Shown here one piece after another: positions 45,492-54,400 of a stretch of DNA of 62,357 nucleotides. The notes beneath the pieces are model-generated. The model did no database searches and was not told where the DNA came from. It saw only the letters and a program-made list of their open reading frames with translations. A program made the position numbers and the translations under genes. The stretch is taken from the IMG/VR virus record IMGVR_UViG_3300048576_000443, positions 1 through 62,357 of that record; one strand, given 5' to 3'. The number at the start of each line of letters is the position of its first letter. The first letter of the stretch is position 1. This stretch comes from a virus (lineage: Duplodnaviria > Caudoviricetes).

Positions 45492-45946
45492 TCGTCGGCG
45501 ACGCACCGGGGGCGCGACATGACCTTGAAGCTTTTTGGAACCTTCGTCCGGGGCCGCATGAGGCCTGTTGCGTCAACCGCGCCGGGCTTTGGTATCCGAA
45601 TAATTTCCGCTTCTGGGTTTCGTGGCACGCGGACCTTCTCCCCGGCTGGGGGAGCAAGCGTCCCGGACCTGAATTGTGGTCAACCCAGTCGTGGCCCGGC
45701 GTCAACGTCGCCCAGGTTCGGCACATGTACGGGAGTTCGGCCATGATCGGATTGCAGCTTGCCCTGGACGTGTGGGGATATGCCCGGGCCGTCGTTATCG
45801 GCGTGCATCTTACGGGGCCGTATGACGGATACCGGGCCGGGTGGACGCCGGTAAAAAACGAGATGGGCGACCGCATCCGGGCCATAGGCGGCTTCGCGGA
45901 AGACCTTTTCGGGCGGCCTGACGCCGCCTTTGTGGGGGCCGTATGA
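45471..45946 (+). pseudogene. Frameshifted glycosyltransferase/MAF-like (Rossmann) gene
   Basis: LCLIVGDAPG..CCVNR..GSSAMIGLQLAL..AVVIGVHL lies in the -1 frame relative to the ATG at 45471 across a C5 tract. Confidence 0.55.
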
Positions 45947-46233
45947 AAGGTGAGTTGCGCGATTCCGGGAAGCGGCTGGCCATCCATTGTCCCGGTTGCG
46001 GCTTCGACCACGAAGTTGTGATCGACGGAACTCGTGGCTGGAAGTGGAACGGCAGCGTGGAGAAACCGACAATCACCCCTTCGATCCTTGTCCAGTGGAC
46101 CTATGGCGACCCGCCCGTTGATCGGCGCTGTCATTCCTTTGTGACCGATGGGCGCATTCGATTTCTTGAGGACTGCACACACAGTCTGGCGGGACAAGAA
46201 GCCGAATTGCCGGACATCGAGAGGGCGGACTAG
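45943..46233 (+). CDS. DUF6527-like zinc-binding protein
   Basis: HCPGC..H..WKWNG..PTITPSIL..CHSFVTDG.I.FL.DCTH. Confidence 0.75.
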   Translation: MKGELRDSGKRLAIHCPGCGFDHEVVIDGTRGWKWNGSVEKPTITPSILVQWTYGDPPVDRRCHSFVTDGRIRFLEDCTHSLAGQEAELPDIERAD

Positions 46234-46743
46234 ATGGCGCTCATCGTCGAAACAGGGGCCGTGGTCCCCGGGGCCAACACCTACGCCGCCATTGCGACCG
46301 TGACCGCGCATTGTGCCGCCATGGGCTACGCCGAATGGGCGGACACGGGCGTGACCGACGCACAGCGCGAAGCGGCCATCCTGCGGGCCATGGCCTACAT
46401 CGAGGCCCTGCCCTGGTGTGGCATCAAGGCCGCCCGGGACAACCCGTTGTCCTGGCCCCGGTCCAATATGTACGACCGCGAGGGCTACGCCTTGGACTCC
46501 AATGCCGTGCCTGCCGTGGTGGTCAAGGCCCTGGCCGAGGCCGCGTACCGGGAGTTGAAAACGGCCGGCACCTTACAGCCCGACGAAACCCGCGACGACT
46601 CGTTGACCTCGCTGTCCGTGGCCGGGGCTGTGAGCCTGCAATGGTCGGCCGGGGCGCCGTCGAGAACGAATTTCCGCGCGATCCGCGACCTACTGGCCGG
46701 GCTGATCCAGGCCGGGGGCGGGATCAAGCTGGTGAGGGGGTAG
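46234..46743 (+). CDS. Head-tail adaptor (DnaT-like annotated family)
   Basis: MALIVETG..ANTY..L.WPR. Confidence 0.8.
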   Translation: MALIVETGAVVPGANTYAAIATVTAHCAAMGYAEWADTGVTDAQREAAILRAMAYIEALPWCGIKAARDNPLSWPRSNMYDREGYALDSNAVPAVVVKALAEAAYRELKTAGTLQPDETRDDSLTSLSVAGAVSLQWSAGAPSRTNFRAIRDLLAGLIQAGGGIKLVRG

Positions 46744-46746
46744 GGC

Positions 46747-47115
46747 GTGGCCATCGACATCCGCACCTTGGCCGCAAGCGCCGTCGCCAAGGGCTTCGGG
46801 GCCACGAACGCCCCGCAGGCCATGGCCATCCGGCGCACGCCGACCACGGGCGCCTATAACCCTGCTACGGGCACTGTCACCCCGGGCACGCCCGTGGACA
46901 ATGCCTGCACAGGCATCGTCACCACCTACGGGCAGCGTGAGGTTGACGGGACATCGATCCTGACCACGGACCGCAAGGTCATCATCCCGCAGGCCGAGCT
47001 TTCGATTTCGCCGACCACCGCCGACAAGGCCGTCATCGGCGGGGCGGCCAAGGCCATCATCCATGTGGGCCAGGATGCCGTGGGCGCAACGTGGGTTCTC
47101 CAGGTGAGGGGGTAG
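46747..47115 (+). CDS. Head-closure protein
   Basis: GAYNPATG..VDGTSI..DRKV. Confidence 0.75.
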   Translation: MAIDIRTLAASAVAKGFGATNAPQAMAIRRTPTTGAYNPATGTVTPGTPVDNACTGIVTTYGQREVDGTSILTTDRKVIIPQAELSISPTTADKAVIGGAAKAIIHVGQDAVGATWVLQVRG

Positions 47116-47118
47116 GCC

Positions 47119-47556
47119 ATGTACGCCGACATCCAGCCGAACGCGGACGCCTTCGCCAGGGCGCTTGAGGAATTGGGGGAGAAGATCGAGCAGGACGTTT
47201 TCGAGAAGGTCATTCGCAAGGCGCTGTTCGACCTTATGGGCGAGATCATGAATGGCACGCCCGTGGATACCGGCCGGGCCCGGGGGTCGTGGTCCATGGG
47301 CACGGACTGGAGCGAATGGGAGCTTCCGGAGGGCGACTACGGGAACATGGACATGAACGCCGCGCTTTCCCAGGTCATGAGCAGGTTCCCTATTTCGGAT
47401 CACTACGTCCTCTTCAACAACCTGGAATACATCCAGGCCCTTGAAGAGGGCCATTCCAAGCAGGCCCCGGCCGGGTTCGTGGCAAAGGCCCTGGCCGCCA
47501 TGACGGAGTATTTGGGCCGCGCCGCGAAGTCCATGGGCTACGAGGTGACGGCATGA
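47119..47556 (+). CDS. HK97 gp10-like neck protein
   Basis: TPVDTGRARGSW..NNLEYI..LEEGHSKQAPAG. Confidence 0.88.
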   Translation: MYADIQPNADAFARALEELGEKIEQDVFEKVIRKALFDLMGEIMNGTPVDTGRARGSWSMGTDWSEWELPEGDYGNMDMNAALSQVMSRFPISDHYVLFNNLEYIQALEEGHSKQAPAGFVAKALAAMTEYLGRAAKSMGYEVTA

Positions 47557-47990
47557 CCGTAAACGAGGTCCGCGCCGCTCTTGAGGGGCATCTGGCCACG
47601 GCCGTCTCCACGGTCCCTGTGGCGTGGCCCGGGGTGGCCTTCACGCCCCCGGAAGGGGCGACCTGGATTCGCCCGGCCTTCCGGCCCGGGCAGAGCTTTG
47701 AAGCCGAGATCGGGCGCGAGGGGCTTTCCCGGCGCACAGGCGTCTTCATCGTCCAGGTCTTTGCGCCCAAGGGCCTCGGATCGGGCGCGGCCCTGGCCCT
47801 GGCCGGGCAGATCGAGGCGGCTTTTCGCAGGCAGGATGTGGGCGGTGTGGAGTGCGGAGAGCCGTACTCCAACGATATTGGCGAGGATGCCGGGACGCTC
47901 GTTTCACAGGGTGGCGGCGGAAGCATAGGACTTTCGACCAGCTATCAAGTCAACGTCGCCGTGCCCTGGTGGGCCTGGATCGGGGAATGA
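47553..47990 (+). CDS. Tail terminator (DUF4128-like)
   Basis: VAWPG..FTPP..W.R..G...VQVFAP.G.G. Confidence 0.8.
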   Translation: MTVNEVRAALEGHLATAVSTVPVAWPGVAFTPPEGATWIRPAFRPGQSFEAEIGREGLSRRTGVFIVQVFAPKGLGSGAALALAGQIEAAFRRQDVGGVECGEPYSNDIGEDAGTLVSQGGGGSIGLSTSYQVNVAVPWWAWIGE

Positions 47991-48187
47991 CCATGGACCA
48001 TTTTTCCGACTTCGCCACCATGCCGCCTCCGGCCGCCGTGCTGGTCAAGCACCTATGCCCGGCGTGCGGCAAACTGATCGAAGAGTCGGAACCCAAATTT
48101 GCCCGCATCGTCTGCCCGAGATGCAAGCAGCGCATCGTTTTCAGGGGGGGCGTGGCCGTCGAACATCGGCCCAGACGCCGACAGTAA
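47987..48187 (+). CDS. Mu Com-like zinc-ribbon regulator
   Basis: CPACGKLI..IVCPRCK. Confidence 0.6.
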   Translation: MTMDHFSDFATMPPPAAVLVKHLCPACGKLIEESEPKFARIVCPRCKQRIVFRGGVAVEHRPRRRQ

Positions 48188-48274
48188 CCGCGCCCCGTCC
48201 CGTCGCGCCCCGGAGCCTCTTGAAGGCCGGAGGGCCTGGAACAACCAGGAACTTCCGCCCAAGGAGGCCCAAAA

Positions 48275-49645
48275 ATGTCCACCGACATCGCCAAATCCAA
48301 GCGCGTCAAAGTCTTTGCCGTTCCGGAGGTGACTCCCGGGACCCTCGTTTTTCCCTCCGCCGAGCACTTCATTTGCCCGGCCGGGGAGCCGTCGCTGAAC
48401 CAAGTCCCCACCTACACGGATTCCAAAGAACTGGCCGACACCCTGGACGTGCTTGACCAGTTCCCGGATGCCATGCCCCCGGCAGAGTTCTCGCTTCCCA
48501 TGTACCTGCGCATGGCCGGTTCCGGCGCCGCCCCGCAGGGCGACATCCTTTTCCAGTCCATGCAGGGCAGCAAGCAGGAATCAGGGGCCGTGACCGCCGC
48601 CGTCAACGCCGTGGCCGGGATCGACGCCGATGACGTGACCATCCCCTACGATACCGTCGCTGGCGGAGAGCTCCCCCCGGCGGGCGTCATCCAGATCGGG
48701 GCCGAGAAGATCCGGTATGCCGCCAAGACCGCGACCAACCTGACCGGATGCACGCGGGGCTACGCCGGGACCACCGCTGCGTCGGCACTGGATGACGCCA
48801 GCATCACCCTGCTCTCCCAGGTCTACAAGCAGGCCACGGCAAGCCCGGCGTGCTCCCTGTGGATCATGCGGGATTGGTTCATCCTGTTCTGCTCGGGCGC
48901 CACGGTCAACAACGCTGGCGCCGGACTCAAGAACGAGGACGCCATCCTGTTCAACCTCAAGGGCCAGGGCATGCGCATGGGGTGGGCCGGGCAGTCCGCC
49001 TTGACCGAAGGTGCTTCGGCTGCAGCCACGCAGATCGTGGTTGCGAACGCCAAGGTGTTCACGGTCGGCGCGCGCATCCAGAACGTGACCAAGGGGGCCA
49101 ATAACGCCGGGGCCGGCTTTGCGGTCACGGCCGTGAACGTGGCCACCAAAACCTTGACCCTGGCCACGGCCGTTCCGTCCGGAGGGTGGGCCGAGAACGA
49201 CGTGATTCGCGGCTACCTGCCCGACGCCACACCCATCGGAACGGCCGTCAAGTGCCGGGACACCAAGGTTTACATCGGAGGCGTCGAGGGGCGTATTCGC
49301 TCCACCGACCTGACCATCGACGTGCCGAAGACCTACCTGACGGATGTGATCGGGACCCCGTACCCCGAAGAGTACGTCGAGGACACCCGCAAGATCACCA
49401 CCAACCTGAACGTCTACTTCAAGAAGGCCGACGCCGAGAAGTTCTATGCGGGCTTCAACGGCGAGGAAACCACCGTCGAGTTCATCCTTGGCGACACGCC
49501 CGGCTACAAGTGCAGCCTGTTTTACCCCCGGGTCAAGCTCACCATGCCGACTCTTCGGTCCGAAGGGCCGACCGTCGTCCTTGAAATCCCCGTGACCGCG
49601 CTCGGCACGGCTGGCGAGGACTCTTTCTACATGTGCCTGGAATAG
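48275..49645 (+). CDS. Major tail tube protein with inserted beta domains
   Basis: Position; E.TPG N-terminus; tube-like C-terminus. Confidence 0.8.
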   Translation: MSTDIAKSKRVKVFAVPEVTPGTLVFPSAEHFICPAGEPSLNQVPTYTDSKELADTLDVLDQFPDAMPPAEFSLPMYLRMAGSGAAPQGDILFQSMQGSKQESGAVTAAVNAVAGIDADDVTIPYDTVAGGELPPAGVIQIGAEKIRYAAKTATNLTGCTRGYAGTTAASALDDASITLLSQVYKQATASPACSLWIMRDWFILFCSGATVNNAGAGLKNEDAILFNLKGQGMRMGWAGQSALTEGASAAATQIVVANAKVFTVGARIQNVTKGANNAGAGFAVTAVNVATKTLTLATAVPSGGWAENDVIRGYLPDATPIGTAVKCRDTKVYIGGVEGRIRSTDLTIDVPKTYLTDVIGTPYPEEYVEDTRKITTNLNVYFKKADAEKFYAGFNGEETTVEFILGDTPGYKCSLFYPRVKLTMPTLRSEGPTVVLEIPVTALGTAGEDSFYMCLE

Positions 49646-49737
49646 CCCAAACGCGGGCCGGATAGGGCGCGCGCCCGACAAGCGGACACCCCGGCCGCTT
49701 CCGGCCCGCACAAATCGGGGACCAAGGGGAAATCATC

Positions 49738-50100
49738 ATGAAGTTTTCGCTCAAGCCGAGGCAGCGCACCATCCGGGTTGTGTCCGCCCCGGGCGTCAAG
49801 TGGGCCGTCGTGCCCATGACCACCACCGAGGAGACGGAACTGGCGCGCGGATACCAGGAGTACGACGCCCGCACCAAGACCTATCAGCTCAAGGATTTCC
49901 CGGGCTTCCTGAAGGCCAAGGCCCGCCAGGTCATCCGGGGCTGGTCCGGCCTGCCCGGCGACGACGGCAAGGACATCCCGTACTCGACGGCGGCCCTTGA
50001 GGCCATGTGCGAGATGCACAGCGGCGTCATCACGGAAGTGCTGGCCGAGTCCGGCCGCGCCGACGCCATCGAGGCCGAGGCCGACGAAAAAAACTCCTAG
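49738..50100 (+). CDS. Tail assembly chaperone (lambda gpG analogue)
   Basis: IRGWSGL..G..IPYS; ends EKNS at a slippery site. Confidence 0.8.
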   Translation: MKFSLKPRQRTIRVVSAPGVKWAVVPMTTTEETELARGYQEYDARTKTYQLKDFPGFLKAKARQVIRGWSGLPGDDGKDIPYSTAALEAMCEMHSGVITEVLAESGRADAIEAEADEKNS

Positions 50101-50450
50101 CGTGGTGCGAACGGGTCAAGCCGGGGGGGCAGGAGGCAACGCAGGATGAGTGCTTCGACATCTACAACAACGCCCCCCCCTGCGAGACATGCCCGCGCCG
50201 CGAGATTTGCGAGTCCGACCTTTTCCCGACCAACGCCCTGGCCTGGAAGGTCTGGCGAATCCTGAGCGAGTTTGACCGCCCCTTGGGGGCCATGGGCGGG
50301 GCAGGGCACATCCCGTCCGGAACAGTCCGGGAAGAGGTCCAGGCCAGGGACGGCACAGAACGGGACTTTGAAAAGGTGCTCTTGATCGAACGGACGCTGT
50401 ACCCGGCCCTGTGTGACGCCTGGGAGAAGGCTCGAAAAGACCAAAAATAA
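50086..50450 (+). CDS. -1 frameshift extension of the tail chaperone (gpGT analogue)
   Basis: GAA AAA AAC slippery site at 50086-50094; -1 frame open to 50450. Confidence 0.75.
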
Positions 50451-50681
50451 GCCGGGCGGTTGCGCGCCGCCCGCAAAATTTCCGGCCAAGCAGCATCGGC
50501 CGAGGATCTTTGAAAACCGAGTATGTGTGGATGCGGAAGGGGCCGGGTTCGTTCCCGGCCCCAGGACCACGGGGAGGCGCGGCCTCTCCGACTATTTCTG
50601 TTCTGTCTCCCGGGCGGCCAGAAGCCCCGCGAGAAGTCCACGGAGCCTGGGGCAAGACGATCATCTGACGGGTGGCGGCGT

Positions 50682-51149
50682 CTAAGAGTGACTGGACTCA
50701 CCTTGAGCCGATGACGAAGATTCCTGGCGATATTTTACAATTGGCTTCCACCCACAATCCTTGCATGTGACAGCTAAGTATTTATTTACAGCCTCGCAGT
50801 TGCCACACTTTTTCATAAATTTGACACCAAGTATTCCTTGTGTTTTAATAATAGACCAATCTTTGATGATTTCAATGACGTCGTTTTCCGGGCGTTTATC
50901 GTTATTCAGTAGCTCTTTTCCACAGTATTTGCATATTACTGCTTCTTGCTTCACATACTCAGCGCAGTACGGGCACTTCTTTTCCCCTGCACCAGGTCCA
51001 GATTTTTGGAGTACCAAGACAATAATTAAGGCAATGGGTCCAAAAATAAACCCCAAAACGAACCACCCTGGAGCATTCATTCCTTTATTGGTTGCGATTA
51101 TTGCTGCGGCGATGCCAAGGCCAATCCAAATAATGAGTGCAGTAGCCAT
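50682..51149 (-). CDS. Membrane protein with two zinc ribbons (moron)
   Basis: Two TM helices; KKCPYCAE..CKYC; CGNC..CKDC; low GC. Confidence 0.8.
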   Translation of the reverse strand: MATALIIWIGLGIAAAIIATNKGMNAPGWFVLGFIFGPIALIIVLVLQKSGPGAGEKKCPYCAEYVKQEAVICKYCGKELLNNDKRPENDVIEIIKDWSIIKTQGILGVKFMKKCGNCEAVNKYLAVTCKDCGWKPIVKYRQESSSSAQGESSHS

Positions 51150-51406
51150 AAGTCAACCCGCCATTCTTGTTGATGTTTAGTTCTTGGTTATTTCCGCTTT
51201 CAGGCTCTAATCCTTTATCCACTCACTGCACTCAATACGAACGACGGGCAGAGATGAGTTTCAACCCCACATTTCGGGCGTCTTTTCGTGGTGAACTTGG
51301 GCAACATGGCCTCCCCTATTTCCCGGCCTCGTTATCAGAAACATGATCTGACGGGCAACCCTCCGCATCCACGCATTCTCGGTTTTCGCCAACAAGGGAG
51401 ACGAGA

Positions 51407-54400
51407 ATGCCCGGCATCCGCATAGACGTTAACACCTCCGGCGCACAGGCCAACACCAAGGCCCTCTGGGATGAGCTTCGTCGTCTCGGGGAACAGGGGA
51501 AGCTGACCGAGCGCGAGGTGAAAGAGCTTGGCGCACGTCTCGCGGGCATGGAAGCCGACATGAAAAAGGCGTCCACGGCCGCCCGGGCCACGGGTTCGGC
51601 CATGGATACCCTGACGACGGCCGCGAAATACGCCGCCGCCGCCTTCGCCACGTTCAAAATCGCCGACTACATCCGCGAAAGCGCCGTCCTGGCCGCCCGG
51701 TATGAAACCCTGGGCGTCACCATGGAGACCGTGGGCCGTAACGCCGGATATACGGCCGCGCAGGTCAACTACGTGGCCACGGCCCTGCAGAAGACCGGGA
51801 TATCCATGCTCGAATCCCGGGAGCAGGTGGCGAAACTTATCCAGGCCCACATCGACCTCGCCAAGGCCACGGACCTTGCCCGGCTGGCGCAGGACGCGGC
51901 CGTGGTCGCTGGCCTCAATTCTTCGGAGACATTTTCCCGCCTCGTCTACGGCATCCAGTCCGGCCAGAAGGAAACCCTTGCCACAATAGGCCTGAATGTG
52001 GATTTCGAGGCCTCGTACAAGTCCCTCGCCAACCAACTTAATAAAAACAAGGATCAACTTACCGAACACGACAAGGTTCAAGCCAGATTCAATGCCACAA
52101 TGGCCAGGGCTCCTGACATCGCAGGGAACTACACAAACGCGATGAAGACCGCCGGGAAGGCGATTACCTCTCTCCCAAGATACGAACAGGATTTGCAACT
52201 GAAATTCGGGCAAGCCTTCGGCCCGGCCACAAAGACCCTTGTTGACGCTTATAGTGAATCACTCCTGCGAATGCAGGAGATCGTCACCCGCCCCGAAATC
52301 CAGGCCGCGCTGCAAAACATCGCCAACCTTCTTGCCGGGGCCATCGCCAAAGGCATGACCTTCATTTCGGACTGGCTGGCGCAGAATGGCGGCAGGCTTC
52401 CCGAAATGGCCTACAGCGCGGCCACGGGGTTTGCCCAACTTGCCCGGGACATCGCCTCTGCTGTGTCCGCCCTGGGGAAGTTTTTGGACCAGTTTTCCAG
52501 CATCCCGCCGGAGGTGTTGGTGGTCCTGGGAGCCGCGGCCGCCGGGGGCCTTGCTGCCGGGCCTTGGGGCGCTCTTGGCGCAGCCGGATTGGCGGCCGTG
52601 ACCATGGGGAACATGAGCAACCAGCGTTCCGTGGAAGAAGGGCTGACGCGCGGCGCGGCGAGTGCGGCGGGCGGAACGAACGAAGTCCGGATGCCGGTCA
52701 ACAAGACGGTCCTTGGCGAACCGCAAAAACCTTTGGACCTCACCCCATCCAAGGTCCGCGAGGCCGAAAAGGTGGCCGACGACTTGACCAAGGGGGCCGC
52801 CCGGTTTGCCGAACAGGCGTCGGCCTTCCTGGACAACATCACGGCCGGGATCGAGCAGCTTCAGGACTCCCTGACCGGCGGTACACAGAAAGAATCCCTG
52901 CGCATCGACAAATGGTTTGAGCAGCAATTCGACGCCATCAGCAAGGCTGTGGTGGACGCGAAGGGCGACGTGTCGGCCTACAAAGAAGCCTGGGTTGATC
53001 TTGAGCAGGCGTGGCCGGGCCTCAAAATTCTGGCCGTCACCAAGGACACCACGGCTGCGCTGCGGCAGCAGGCCGACATCCTTAGCGACATCGCCGAGGC
53101 ATCCGACAACCCGGCGCTCAAAGAGCAGGCCGGGGCCAGGGAGATCGAGACTTGGTACGCGGAGCGCGTCCAGCAGATCAAGAACCTGTCTCTCGCCACG
53201 GAAGAAGAATCCACGCTTATGGGTCAGCTTGAACAGGCCCGGGCGTCCAAGATGGTCCAAAACACCCGCGACGCCTATGAGTCCATGTCCGCCGTCTCCC
53301 AAAAGTATTGGGACGCCGAGAAGGCCCTGATCGAACAAAAGCTGTCCGTGGTCAAGGAAAGCGCCGACGACGAACTGGCCTACAAAATTTACGCCGCCCA
53401 GGAATGGGACGACTTCAACCGCCGCAAGCTCGAAGCCCAGGCCAACGCCCCGCGTTCCCAGGGCGAGGCCATCCACGCTGTCTTTGCGCTCGATTCCGGT
53501 TCCTACAAATCCCAGATGGGCCAGCTTCAGGACTCCTGGAAGTCCACGGCCGACGGCATGCTTGCCCTGACCAACGATCTTTCCTCGGGCATCGCGCAAA
53601 GCCTCGGGGATGCGCTTCGGGGCATAGCCCAGGGCGACTTCGAGAGCTTCGAGACCATTTTTCGCTCCATGCTCTTGCGCATGGCCGATGCCTTCATCTC
53701 TTTTTCCGAAGACATGCTGGCACAGGCGCTCAAAGGCGGCCTGTCGTCGCTTTTCCAGGGCGGCGGATCGACGGCCGGCACAGGGGCCGCATCGGGCGGA
53801 GGCGGGCTTATGGGCCTTTTCGGCGGCCTCGTGGAGCCTGCGGCGTCGGCGCTCTTTCAGGGAGGGGCTTCAGCGATTGGGGCCGGGGCGGCCGGAGCTG
53901 GCGGACTGTTCGGCGGAGTATCTGCGCACGTTGGCCAGTCCGCATCAGGACTCATGGGGGCCGCCGGAGCCGCGGCATCCTCCTTCTCCTGGATGCCGGT
54001 CATCGGCGCCGCAGTCGGCGTCGGCCTAAGCCTCTTGGGCAGCCTGTTCGGCCAGGAGGAAGAGGAAGAGCCGCCGCAGGAAGCGTGGTCGGGCCGGTCC
54101 TACATGTACCAAGGCGGCGTCATGAGCGGCATCGACGTGACGACCATGAGCGACGGCTCGACACAGTACGCCATGTCCGACCCCATGGAGATGGAGGAAG
54201 AGCGCAAGCGGTTCAAGTCCACGGTCAAGGACTTGAACGCGGCCATGAAGACCCTTGAGATCGACTTCAACCCGAATTGGGAGCGCAACTTTTCCTTCCA
54301 GGCATTCGGCGTCCCGGACGCACTCAAGGGCATCCTTGAGCGCAACATGAAGGACAGCGCCGCCGCGCAGGCCATGGGCAACGTGTCGTGGACGGCGAAC

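Noticed and set aside
50512-51387. IS/MITE or invertible DNA segment bounded by inverted repeats
   Set aside because: No transposase or invertase inside and no evident target duplication; the G-U-compatible mismatch and the competing SD hairpin favour RNA pairing (not fully excluded)
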